Shown here: piece by piece, positions 8,943-17,412 of the stretch
Position numbering within the stretch: the first letter of the stretch is position 1
Layout: every line of letters starts with the position of its first letter
Assembly: GCF_008000775.2 (NCBI RefSeq)
Contig: NZ_CP042905.2
Span: forward strand, 2,970,001 to 3,002,000
Length of the DNA stretch: 32,000 bases
Reading direction: 5' to 3'
From: Promethearchaeum syntrophicum
GTDB lineage: Archaea > Asgardarchaeota > Lokiarchaeia > Sigyniarchaeales > Promethearchaeaceae
Translations under genes and position numbers: made by a program
The notes under the pieces: generated by a model
What the model was told of the DNA's origin: nothing
Databases searched by the model: none
What the model saw: the letters and a program-made list of their open reading frames with translations, nothing else

Positions 8943-10184
8943 ATGAAAAATGAAAATCGCCCAGAACTTGACATTTTACGAATTATTTCTTGTTTAATAG
9001 TTATTGTCCTCATTCATATTCCAAACAATTATGCCTATACTTTTTATATGGATCTGAGTCAATATACGGGGTACCTAATTCATACTCTTGGTATTTCGGT
9101 TGCCATGGGATCTTTTATATTTATTTCGGGGTTTAGTCTTTATCTAAGTGAGAGTAATAGAAAATTGAATTCCAAGGAGAAAATTAAAAATTTCTTGAAA
9201 AAACGCTTTTTGAGGATTTTTCCCCTATATTGGTTTGCTTTAATTGTCTATTTGCTTATTTTTCCTGATACAGGGAGGACCGTTATCTTTGAAATTGCTC
9301 ACGTATTTGGATTACAAATGATCTTCGCTCCAATGGGGGGTGATCCGATTTGGACTATTTGGTTTATAGGTATTATTGTGATATATTACCTTATATTCAT
9401 GCTGTTGAGTTATTTAGATTCGCTGAAAAAAATTATTCCTGTTTCCATTCTGATTCAAGCAGGGTTTGTAACGCTTAACATATTATTTGATTTGGTTGAA
9501 TATCGATTCTTTCAGTATTATAATATCTTTATTCTGGGAATAATTATGTCAAAAATTTATATTTCACCTCAGTTCACAAAAGTCAAAGAATCACTCATAA
9601 AAAAAAACAAGAATCTTCCACTTATTATAGTATGTGTCATGGTTCTGATAAGTATTCCATTATATTTTGTCTTAGCGAGATATACACATACCAGTTTTCT
9701 TTCAAATTATGGAACTTACTATCTTTTTCAAATTGTCGCACGGCAACCGGGATACTTTGAGGTCGCCTCGGCCTTTCTATTACGACAACTCAATATTGTA
9801 TTGTTCCTTATTGGAATTTTGTCACTTTTGTATCTTGTGATGAAAATTCTGCATAAAATCTTTAAAAAAGAAAAGATTAATAAAATAATCTCCGTCGTGG
9901 CTTATTCAACATTTGGAGCCTATCTTTTCCATCGACCCATCATAATTCTGCTTTCGATCATCGTCACTGGTATTTTCAATGTTAATATGTATGCAAGAGA
10001 AAATTTCTATATTGCTTTATTATTCGTTCCCATTATCTTTCTATTCTCATATGGTTTACAAAAAACATCCGATCGGGCAATAGCATTGTTTAAAAAGCGA
10101 AAACATAAAAAAATTGATGAAATTAAAGAAATTGTTGAAATTGAATCTCCATCAATTACAGAAAAAAGTTCCACATTAACTTAA
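8943..10184 (+). CDS. Acyltransferase 3 family membrane protein
   Basis: Start ENRPELDILRIISCLIVIVLIHI, then SGFSLYLSES...FLKKRFLRIFPLYWFAL; about 10 hydrophobic segments, typical of OafA/NodX-type acyltransferase-3. Confidence 0.85.
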   Translation: MKNENRPELDILRIISCLIVIVLIHIPNNYAYTFYMDLSQYTGYLIHTLGISVAMGSFIFISGFSLYLSESNRKLNSKEKIKNFLKKRFLRIFPLYWFALIVYLLIFPDTGRTVIFEIAHVFGLQMIFAPMGGDPIWTIWFIGIIVIYYLIFMLLSYLDSLKKIIPVSILIQAGFVTLNILFDLVEYRFFQYYNIFILGIIMSKIYISPQFTKVKESLIKKNKNLPLIIVCVMVLISIPLYFVLARYTHTSFLSNYGTYYLFQIVARQPGYFEVASAFLLRQLNIVLFLIGILSLLYLVMKILHKIFKKEKINKIISVVAYSTFGAYLFHRPIIILLSIIVTGIFNVNMYARENFYIALLFVPIIFLFSYGLQKTSDRAIALFKKRKHKKIDEIKEIVEIESPSITEKSSTLT

Positions 10185-10196
10185 ATCATAGATACA

Positions 10197-10206
10197 TTTT
10201 TTTTTT
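10197..10206 (+). terminator. Poly-T tract, likely terminator
   Basis: Ten consecutive T residues just downstream of the acyltransferase stop. Confidence 0.4.
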
Positions 10207-10394
10207 CAAATATTTCTCAGAAATTTTATTACTTGGCTTGTTTTCTCTGGGTTCAATTATTTTGATTTCATCTTCTATAACTTCAAAGAATTCAGTGATA
10301 ATTTTATGATTGAATCCTATTTTTATGAATTATAATTAAAAATCAATACAAAAAATTTAACCGATATCGTTAATTTTATTTCTTCAGAGATATA

Positions 10395-11015
10395 ATGGAA
10401 CGATTTATGGAAATAAAGAACGGTCGGGCACAAATTAATATTGGAAAAAATGGTATCACACCTACTTTTCTGGAACATCTTAAAATAATATTAAAAAAAG
10501 AAAAAATAGTGAAAATTAAAATTTTAAAAGAAATCTCAATGGAACAAGGGAATGAACCCCTTATTAATAAAATTATTGAAGATTTGAACGTTTTCGTTTT
10601 AGATTCCCGAGGAAACACATTTATTATTTCGAAAAAGAAAATTTCCGATATCCATATCCCAAAAAAATATTTATTATTAAAAAATACATTTCACCCCCCT
10701 TCTAAAAAGAAAAAGGAAGAAATTGAGGTTATAGAAACAGAAAAAATCCCAAATGAAAGCAATTTTTCTGAACCTGATTATATAGATTATGATAATAAGG
10801 AATTAGTTGCAGAAATAGATAAACAAAGCGACATACTTTATGGTTCTGTTTCAGAACCCGTAGAAAAGGAATCTGATCAAACACGAAACCCTAAAAAAGC
10901 AAAATTTCATTCAAAGAAAAGAAGTTATCCAAAATCTAATAATCGATCTAGAAAACAAATTAAAAATAAACGCAAATTTAAGAAAGGTAGTAAAAAAAAG
11001 AAGAAAAAATTCTAA
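10395..11015 (+). CDS. YhbY/CRM-domain-like RNA-binding protein with long basic C-terminal tail
   Basis: NGRAQINIGKNGITPTFLEHLKIILKKEKIVKIKIL and VFVLDSRGNTFIISKK fit the YhbY fold pattern (GK-G, RG-TF). Tail RKQIKNKRKFKKGSKKKKKKF. Next to RNase P and Nep1 genes. Confidence 0.75.
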   Translation: MERFMEIKNGRAQINIGKNGITPTFLEHLKIILKKEKIVKIKILKEISMEQGNEPLINKIIEDLNVFVLDSRGNTFIISKKKISDIHIPKKYLLLKNTFHPPSKKKKEEIEVIETEKIPNESNFSEPDYIDYDNKELVAEIDKQSDILYGSVSEPVEKESDQTRNPKKAKFHSKKRSYPKSNNRSRKQIKNKRKFKKGSKKKKKKF

Positions 11016-11028
11016 TAGATGAGAAAAA

Positions 11029-11463
11029 ATGCCTCGAGGGAATCGAAAAAAGGGACCTCATAGAAATAAGATTAGAAAGAGTTTCCAAAAACGCCATTTA
11101 TTGATGCAAAAATTAGCTCGAGGTAGAATTGAAGAACTTCTGGAGTTAGCTAAGAAAACCCATGCTGAAGATCCAAAATTAGCTAATAGATATGTCACTC
11201 TTGCCCGAAATATTGCGATGGGAACCAAAGTGGCGATACCAGCAATTTTAAAGAGATATATTTGCCATAATTGTAAACAATTATTAGTCCCCGGAAGAAA
11301 TATGCGTTTTCGAATTAATAATAAGGTACATTATGGTACTTATGTTTCGGTAACTTGTCTCACTTGTGGCCAAATTAGCCGTTATATAGTGAAAGGACGT
11401 GCGCGAAGAGATAAAAAGGTAAAAAATGATGACCAATCCAAGAATGCATATAATTCTAACTGA
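11029..11463 (+). CDS. rnp4: RNase P protein component 4 (Rpr2/Rpp21/SNM1 family)
   Basis: RRIEELLELAKKTH-like region, LANRYVTLARNIAMGTKVAIP, zinc ribbon ICHNCKQLLVPGRNMRFRI...CLTCGQISRYIVKG. Confidence 0.88.
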   Translation: MPRGNRKKGPHRNKIRKSFQKRHLLMQKLARGRIEELLELAKKTHAEDPKLANRYVTLARNIAMGTKVAIPAILKRYICHNCKQLLVPGRNMRFRINNKVHYGTYVSVTCLTCGQISRYIVKGRARRDKKVKNDDQSKNAYNSN

Positions 11464-12118
11464 AACAGCCCTAGAATTGATCCCAAAATCCCTAAAGAAG
11501 AAACCAAGTACTATGAAAAGTATTGAAAAATTTGGACGAGCGGGACAAATTCTTGATACATCACTACATCATTCAAATATGCATACATTAGAAAACTCCC
11601 AAAAGAGAGGTAGACCGGACATCCTTCATCATTTTCTACTTGACACCCTTGGGAGCCCTGCCAATATAAAGGGATTTTTAGAAATATATTTTCACTGTGC
11701 ATCAGGTTTCTATAAAGTAAATTCAGAAATGAAGTGTCCAAGAGATTACATCAGATTTAAGGGGTTAATGTTTCAATTGATCAGAAAAGGGCATATTCCT
11801 CCAAATCAACAACCTTATCTCATATCAAGAATGGATATTGATCTAAAAGATTGGATAAAAAATAATTTTAACAGGAAAAACACTTTTATATTTTCACTAA
11901 ATGGCAAAGAAGCATCTTTAGAAACGATTACTTCAAAATTCTTTAATGAAGCAAACAAATGTGCTGTGTTAATTGGTGGATTTCAAAAAAATCATTTTTC
12001 CGATGATATTCTAGAAATACCAAGTCAAATGTTTGCTTTAGCAGATAGAGGATATGATAGTTGGATTGTAACGAATCGATTATTAGCAAAATTTGAACTA
12101 GATTTGAAATTAATTTAA
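11426..12118 (+). CDS. nep1: Nep1/Emg1-like rRNA pseudouridine N1-methyltransferase (SPOUT)
   Basis: HIILTETALELIPKSL, LDTSLHHSNMHTL, KRGRPDILHHFLLDTLGSPANI, AVLIGGFQKNHFSDDIL. Overlaps the 3' end of the RNase P gene by 38 nt. Confidence 0.9.
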   Translation: MMTNPRMHIILTETALELIPKSLKKKPSTMKSIEKFGRAGQILDTSLHHSNMHTLENSQKRGRPDILHHFLLDTLGSPANIKGFLEIYFHCASGFYKVNSEMKCPRDYIRFKGLMFQLIRKGHIPPNQQPYLISRMDIDLKDWIKNNFNRKNTFIFSLNGKEASLETITSKFFNEANKCAVLIGGFQKNHFSDDILEIPSQMFALADRGYDSWIVTNRLLAKFELDLKLI

Positions 12119-12223
12119 CTTAGGATAATTTTAAATAATTTTTATTTAATATATTAGATACTTTGTTTTATTTTATTTTTATAAACCAATATTTTTATTT
12201 TAAGAAGATCATCAATTAGAAAT

Positions 12224-12619
12224 ATGGTAGACATTTTAAAAAAAGAATTAAAAATGGATTTTGATTCCGCTGTAACAAGAGTTGAAAAAATTGTTTCTGA
12301 AGAAGGTTTCACCGTAATGTTAACAAAACCAATAGATGAGATTTTCAAAAAGAAATTAGGGTTAAAAGAATATCCTAAATATACAACAATTCTTGCCTGC
12401 GGAGCAAAATTTGCAAAAGCAGCAATGGACGTATCTAAAGATGTTGGGTTACTATTCCCTTGTAGTTTTGTTGTGTATGAGGAAGGAAATAAAATTTATG
12501 TTTCACATTCATCTATTATGAAAATCGCCCCAGAAATTGGATTTGCATCTTATGAAGAGATGAAGCCGGTAATTGAAATGACAGGAAAAGCTGTACACAC
12601 TGCATGGGATAGATTATAA
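12224..12619 (+). CDS. DUF302 family protein
   Basis: DFDSAVTRVEKIVSEEGFTVMLTKPIDEIFKKKLG...YTTILACGAKFAKAAMDVSKDVGLLFPCSFVVYEEGNKIYVSH fits the DUF302 pattern. Confidence 0.8.
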   Translation: MVDILKKELKMDFDSAVTRVEKIVSEEGFTVMLTKPIDEIFKKKLGLKEYPKYTTILACGAKFAKAAMDVSKDVGLLFPCSFVVYEEGNKIYVSHSSIMKIAPEIGFASYEEMKPVIEMTGKAVHTAWDRL

Positions 12620-12644
12620 ACCCATCCTTAATAGGAGGAATTAT

Positions 12645-13724
12645 ATGTCCGATTATTATTTTAAGCAGATAAATCCCGAGCATACTTGTAAAGCCTATTT
12701 ATTCGGTCCTGTGAATAGCAAAAGCGTCGCAATTGTGGACCCTGAACTTGAACATATTGATGAATATTTGGACCTATTAAGAAAAGAAAATTTCACACTC
12801 AAATATATCATAGATACGCACACACATGCAGATCATCTATCAGGAGCAGCTGCATTAAAGGAGGAATCAGATGCAAAACTTATCATGCATAAAAAAGCTC
12901 CCGCTAAATGTGTGTCTATTCGTGTCTCTAACGGAGATGAATTGGATTTTGAAGGATTGAACATCAAATTTATAGAGACACCGGGCCATACTAAAGATTC
13001 AATAAGTATAATTCTACCAGGTAAAATTCTAACAGGAGATTCGTTATTTTTAGACGATGGAGGTGCGGGTAGGGACGATTTACCGGGTGGTTCTTCAGAA
13101 TTACATTGGGAGACTTTTCAAAAATTTTTATCTCTTCCAGAAGACTTAATTGTTTTTCCAGCTCATGATTACCGGGATAGAAAACCTTCATCATTAAAAA
13201 AACAAAAAGAGTCAAATCCCTTTTTAAAACCTCGAACCAAAGAAGAATATGTAGAATTTCTCTTAGATTTACAATTAGGTCCCGCAGAATGGATGAAAGA
13301 TGTATTAAAAGCAAACTATGAATGCACTACAGATCCAAAAGCTGCATGGGTCCCAATTGATTCTCCTTCTTGTGAAGTAATGGGAACTCTTCAACCAGGA
13401 GTCGAAGAACAGCAAGTAAATAATATCTTACCTCGTAAATTACAAGAAAAACTTGATAATAAGGAAGATTTTGTTTTTATTGATGTTAGGGGAATTTCTG
13501 AACTTCATGGAAAATTAGGTAAGGTTGTTGAAGCAATAAACATTCCATTGACTTCGATAATGAATGATGTAGGTCAGATGAATAAATATATTAACAAATC
13601 AATAGTTGCCATTTGTGGAGGAGGGAAGCGCTCCATAATCGCCGCTAAAATGTTAAAGAAATCAGGTTTTAAAAATCCTCTTTATGTTGAAGGAGGAATT
13701 AGGGCTTGGAGGAAAATTAAATAA
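12645..13724 (+). CDS. MBL-fold hydrolase fused to a rhodanese domain (persulfide dioxygenase/sulfurtransferase-like)
   Basis: THTHADHLSGA, PGHTKDSIS, LTGDSLFLDDGGAGRDDL, PAHDY (ETHE1-like MBL); C-terminal DVRG...AICGGGKRSIIAAKMLKKSGFKNPLYVEGGIRAW (rhodanese). GGAGG-type Shine-Dalgarno 12633-12638. Confidence 0.9.
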   Translation: MSDYYFKQINPEHTCKAYLFGPVNSKSVAIVDPELEHIDEYLDLLRKENFTLKYIIDTHTHADHLSGAAALKEESDAKLIMHKKAPAKCVSIRVSNGDELDFEGLNIKFIETPGHTKDSISIILPGKILTGDSLFLDDGGAGRDDLPGGSSELHWETFQKFLSLPEDLIVFPAHDYRDRKPSSLKKQKESNPFLKPRTKEEYVEFLLDLQLGPAEWMKDVLKANYECTTDPKAAWVPIDSPSCEVMGTLQPGVEEQQVNNILPRKLQEKLDNKEDFVFIDVRGISELHGKLGKVVEAINIPLTSIMNDVGQMNKYINKSIVAICGGGKRSIIAAKMLKKSGFKNPLYVEGGIRAWRKIK

Positions 13725-13755
13725 CCTTATTTTTTACTTCATTTTTTATTACTTG

Positions 13756-15147
13756 ATGAATGATAAGCCCATTACAGCAATTTTAATCGGAGCCGGTTGG
13801 AGAGGTAGAGTCACTTATGGATCCTATGCATTAAAATTCCCAGATAATTTGAAATTTATAGCAGTGGCGGAACCCGATTCAAAAAAAAGAGATTTATTTC
13901 AAAAAGAACACAATATTCCAAATTCATTTGTGTTCAAATCATGGCAAGAGATTTTAGATCCATCTGTAGGAAAAATAGCTGAAACCGCTTTTATATGTAC
14001 GCAAGATCAGATGCATTACCAGCCGGCAATAAAAGCTCTTGAGTTGGAATATGATCTTTTACTAGAAAAACCTATTTCACCAAGCTTTGAGGAATGTAAT
14101 CACATCTCAAACTTAGCTCAGGAGAAAAAAAGAATCGTTCAAGTATGTCATGTACTAAGATTTACTAAATTTTTTAAAAAATTAAAAGAATTAATTGATT
14201 CTGGTGCCATTGGGGATATTATTGATTATGATCATTCAGAAAATGTCTCATATTGGCATTTTGGGCATTCTTATGTACGAGGTAGTTATAAAAAAAAAGA
14301 TGAATCTTCACCCCTAATTCTTGCAAAATGTTGTCATGATCTTGATATAATGTACTGGTTAATTGGGAAAAAACCTTTGACTGTTCAATCCAAAGGATTT
14401 TTATCTTTTTTTAGCCCAGAAAACGCACCTAAAAATGCTCCTGAAAGATGTACTGATGGATGTCCCCAAGAAGAAACTTGCCCATGGTATGCTCCCGGAC
14501 TATATTTAGAAGGAGAGCCACTTATTAGAATTGGATTACATGCAAAATCTCGTTTTTTACGATTTTTTTCATCATTAATACTTAATCACCGAAATATAAT
14601 GCTATTTTTAAGTAAATTTATAAAAAAACTTAGACCATTTTTAAATTGGGAAGAATTCCCTGCCAATTTCATTACATCTGACTTATCATATGAAGGAAAA
14701 ATGAAAGCACTTAAAGAAGGTCCTTTTGGAAAATGTATTTTTAAAACTGGCAATGATGTTGTTGACCACCAAATTGCAACTTATACGTTTCCAAATGGGG
14801 TTATCGGAACTCTAAGAATTACCGGCTTAAGTGAGTTTGAAGGCAGAGAATTAAGAATATTTGGAACAAAGGGTGTTATTCGAGCACATTTTCGAACAGT
14901 TGAAGAAGAAATAAAAATCACTGATTTTAGAACATATAAAACAAAAAGAGTCTATATAAAAGGATTATCTAAAGGAAGCCATGGCGGGGGAGATTTTAAC
15001 CTTCTGGATTCATTTATTAAAGTAATCAAGGGAGACTTAACACCAGAACAAGCAGGAACAACAAATATTCAAGGAGCTTTGCAATCACACATCATGGCTT
15101 TTGCAGGTGAGGAAGCCCGAATCAGCGGTCGAAATCACGAATTCTGA
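13756..15147 (+). CDS. Gfo/Idh/MocA family NAD(P)-dependent oxidoreductase
   Basis: ITAILIGAGWRGRVTYGSYA (Rossmann), AFICTQDQMHYQPAIKALELEYDLLLEKPISPSFEEC. The listed start at 13684 overlaps the previous gene; ATG 13756 (MNDKPITAILIGAG) is better. Confidence 0.9.
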   Translation: MNDKPITAILIGAGWRGRVTYGSYALKFPDNLKFIAVAEPDSKKRDLFQKEHNIPNSFVFKSWQEILDPSVGKIAETAFICTQDQMHYQPAIKALELEYDLLLEKPISPSFEECNHISNLAQEKKRIVQVCHVLRFTKFFKKLKELIDSGAIGDIIDYDHSENVSYWHFGHSYVRGSYKKKDESSPLILAKCCHDLDIMYWLIGKKPLTVQSKGFLSFFSPENAPKNAPERCTDGCPQEETCPWYAPGLYLEGEPLIRIGLHAKSRFLRFFSSLILNHRNIMLFLSKFIKKLRPFLNWEEFPANFITSDLSYEGKMKALKEGPFGKCIFKTGNDVVDHQIATYTFPNGVIGTLRITGLSEFEGRELRIFGTKGVIRAHFRTVEEEIKITDFRTYKTKRVYIKGLSKGSHGGGDFNLLDSFIKVIKGDLTPEQAGTTNIQGALQSHIMAFAGEEARISGRNHEF

Positions 15148-15155
15148 GAAATTAC

Positions 15156-17408
15156 TTATTGAAAATACCATGAAATTTCTTGGATCTTTTCTTCAATTTT
15201 TTCCCTTTCGATATCTGATAATATATTCGATTGAGGAGTTTGTATGTTAGAAGCAATTATTCTTCCAAACTTATCTTTCCAAATTAGATCTCCAGTTATT
15301 TTTTTTCTACTAAAAAATTTCTTAGAGAATTTGAGAAATGAATCTTTCAGAAAAATGAATAATAATTTAGAAGCATTTTGATAAGGTCCTAAATCTTCTC
15401 TTCCAATTATTTTAAAAAAATCTTGATCTACTTGATTCTTTTCAAATAATGATTTGAATATTTTCTGTATTAAATCTATTCGAAATTCTGCTATATTTTT
15501 ACTATTTAGAACACTTTTTAGAATTAAAGATAAAATATCTTTTTCATTGGAAGAAAATTTTTTGAATAATCCTTCAATAGTTCGTTTTTCTGCTTCGTAT
15601 ATATTTCTACAATAATCACGTGTAGAGACATTCAATCTTTTGGTACTTTTACCCAATTTAATTTGATAATCTGAATACATTTTTTCGGATAATCCCATTT
15701 TACCCATAATCGCCAGTTTTTCTAAATTACTTTTTAAGACATAGCTACCATAGATAAATTTCATTGAGTCACATTTCTTAATTGCAATATCAATTTCTCC
15801 TGAAGATATATAACCATATTTTGTAAAATCTGAGATTATCTGCCATGGGAGCACATTGGAAATTATTGGAACGCCTTTTTTAATTAAGAAAACAACTTGA
15901 TCGGGAGTTAAAATAGTTTTTGGTTGAGCTTTTTTTGTCCAATTCGGTTTATCAATTAATTTTGGATTACATAGAGTATAATCAAAAGGTTGGATAAATG
16001 AAATAATGGGGGAAGTTGGATCTATAATAATTCTTGCACCATCAGTAAATGATTGAAGGAATTCTTCGTGTAATTTATTAACATTAACATCCCATTGAAT
16101 AATTATTGAATTTTTTGAAAGACCAAAATTAGGTTGCCTCTTTCTTTGATGCTCAATCCAATTAGGAATAATTTCATCCCCTTTAAGCCAATTAAAAAAT
16201 TTCCGGTGTAAATTTATTTCTTCATTCATAATATATTCTCTATTACTGGTTTTAATATGTTGAATTACATAATTTAAGGTAGGATATCTCTCCAATAAAG
16301 TTGTAGATATAAATGAGAAATCTCTCTGGTTGTAATAGCTTGAATATCCTTCTTTAACAAAATAAATTGGTCTTTCTCCAGCAGATTTCATAATATAGAT
16401 TAGAAAGTCATCTGCCATATCGTAAGCAGGAAGGAAATATGCTTTCGTGTTAGTTTTAGAGGAAATCCACTTTTTTATATATATAATTGATGTCCCTGAA
16501 ATCTCCAATTTATCATAAATTAGATAGTATCTCTTCTTTAATAATTGAGGAGATATATTCCAAGATTTGTTCAAATTTGTTAAATTTTCCTGATTCCCAT
16601 TAAAAAGCAACTCTAGAGTTATTTTTGCATCACAAATTTCCTCATTCGAGATGTTTTTCGGCTTTTTAAAACTTTCAAAATGAAAAATATAATTTAGTTT
16701 GTTTGCGATTTTATTCAAAATATAAGCATTCTCAAGCTTATTAATCATCCCTAAGTTCCAGAAATTTTGAATAAAAATCTCTAAAATATCATGGAATTTC
16801 TGATAAAAAAAATCAAACATTGCCTCAATGAATAACTTTTCTTCTTCTTTAGAATCTTTTAAGAGTTCAAAATATGAATCAATTTTATATAAAATTAGAT
16901 CTGAACTTAATATATTTAAATCATCTTCTAAGGATTTTACGAGAGTTTTTACTTGTGTGGTATATGATTCTTTTTTTAAAAGATATCTACATAATATCTT
17001 TATTCTCTCATTAAAAGGAATTTCTATTTTATTGATTTTATCGCCAACTTGAACGAGTGAAATTTCCTTAATTTTTTCAAGATAGGATGAGAGATTGGAT
17101 GTTTTAATTAATTTCAATTGTGATTTTTGATTTGATATATTTTTTACTTGTTCATCAGATAGCATTAGAAGTAATTTTCCCAAATGCTTACACCAATCAA
17201 AAGACCGGTTAAGAAAATCAGGACAATAATGTGCCACATATTTTTCCTGCAAGTTAATAATGGCAGTGTAAGGATTTTGCGCACTCCCTTGGATAATACA
17301 ATATGTAATCAAAGGAATTTCTTGAATAATTGCAAATTCAAGTACATTCTTATCAGAAATCGACCTAGCTCTAGATAACCGTGAAGATGAAACTAAATTT
17401 TGTATCAT
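15156..17408 (-). CDS. Large protein with a SWIM-like zinc finger, third gene of the MoxR-VWA-SWIM operon
   Basis: N-terminal HYCPDFLNRSFDWCKHLGKLLLML gives HxC-x10-CxH, close to SWIM CxCxnCxH. 4-nt gap from the VWA gene stop. Confidence 0.65.
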   Translation of the reverse strand: MIQNLVSSSRLSRARSISDKNVLEFAIIQEIPLITYCIIQGSAQNPYTAIINLQEKYVAHYCPDFLNRSFDWCKHLGKLLLMLSDEQVKNISNQKSQLKLIKTSNLSSYLEKIKEISLVQVGDKINKIEIPFNERIKILCRYLLKKESYTTQVKTLVKSLEDDLNILSSDLILYKIDSYFELLKDSKEEEKLFIEAMFDFFYQKFHDILEIFIQNFWNLGMINKLENAYILNKIANKLNYIFHFESFKKPKNISNEEICDAKITLELLFNGNQENLTNLNKSWNISPQLLKKRYYLIYDKLEISGTSIIYIKKWISSKTNTKAYFLPAYDMADDFLIYIMKSAGERPIYFVKEGYSSYYNQRDFSFISTTLLERYPTLNYVIQHIKTSNREYIMNEEINLHRKFFNWLKGDEIIPNWIEHQRKRQPNFGLSKNSIIIQWDVNVNKLHEEFLQSFTDGARIIIDPTSPIISFIQPFDYTLCNPKLIDKPNWTKKAQPKTILTPDQVVFLIKKGVPIISNVLPWQIISDFTKYGYISSGEIDIAIKKCDSMKFIYGSYVLKSNLEKLAIMGKMGLSEKMYSDYQIKLGKSTKRLNVSTRDYCRNIYEAEKRTIEGLFKKFSSNEKDILSLILKSVLNSKNIAEFRIDLIQKIFKSLFEKNQVDQDFFKIIGREDLGPYQNASKLLFIFLKDSFLKFSKKFFSRKKITGDLIWKDKFGRIIASNIQTPQSNILSDIEREKIEEKIQEISWYFQ

Positions 17409-17412
17409 ATTA

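Noticed and set aside
10210-10335. Minus-strand open frame (FIKIGFNHKIITEFFEVIEDEIKIIEPRENKPSNKISEKYLKKKNVSMI)
   Set aside because: Only about 48 codons, no ATG/GTG/TTG start in frame near its 5' end, upstream stop; possibly coding-like but not supportable as a gene.
11424-11462. ATGATGA followed by CTGA, resembling C and D boxes of an archaeal sRNA
   Set aside because: It lies within the rnp4/nep1 overlap coding region, and no C'/D' pair or terminal stem is visible.
12991-13314. 107-aa minus-strand ORF opposite the MBL-rhodanese gene
   Set aside because: Shadow ORF over a strongly supported MBL domain.
13684-13755. Upstream extension of the Gfo/Idh/MocA ORF (MLKEELGLGGKLNNLIFYFIFYYL)
   Set aside because: Overlaps the rhodanese 3' end and is out of character with the family; the Rossmann start at ATG 13756 is the natural N-terminus.
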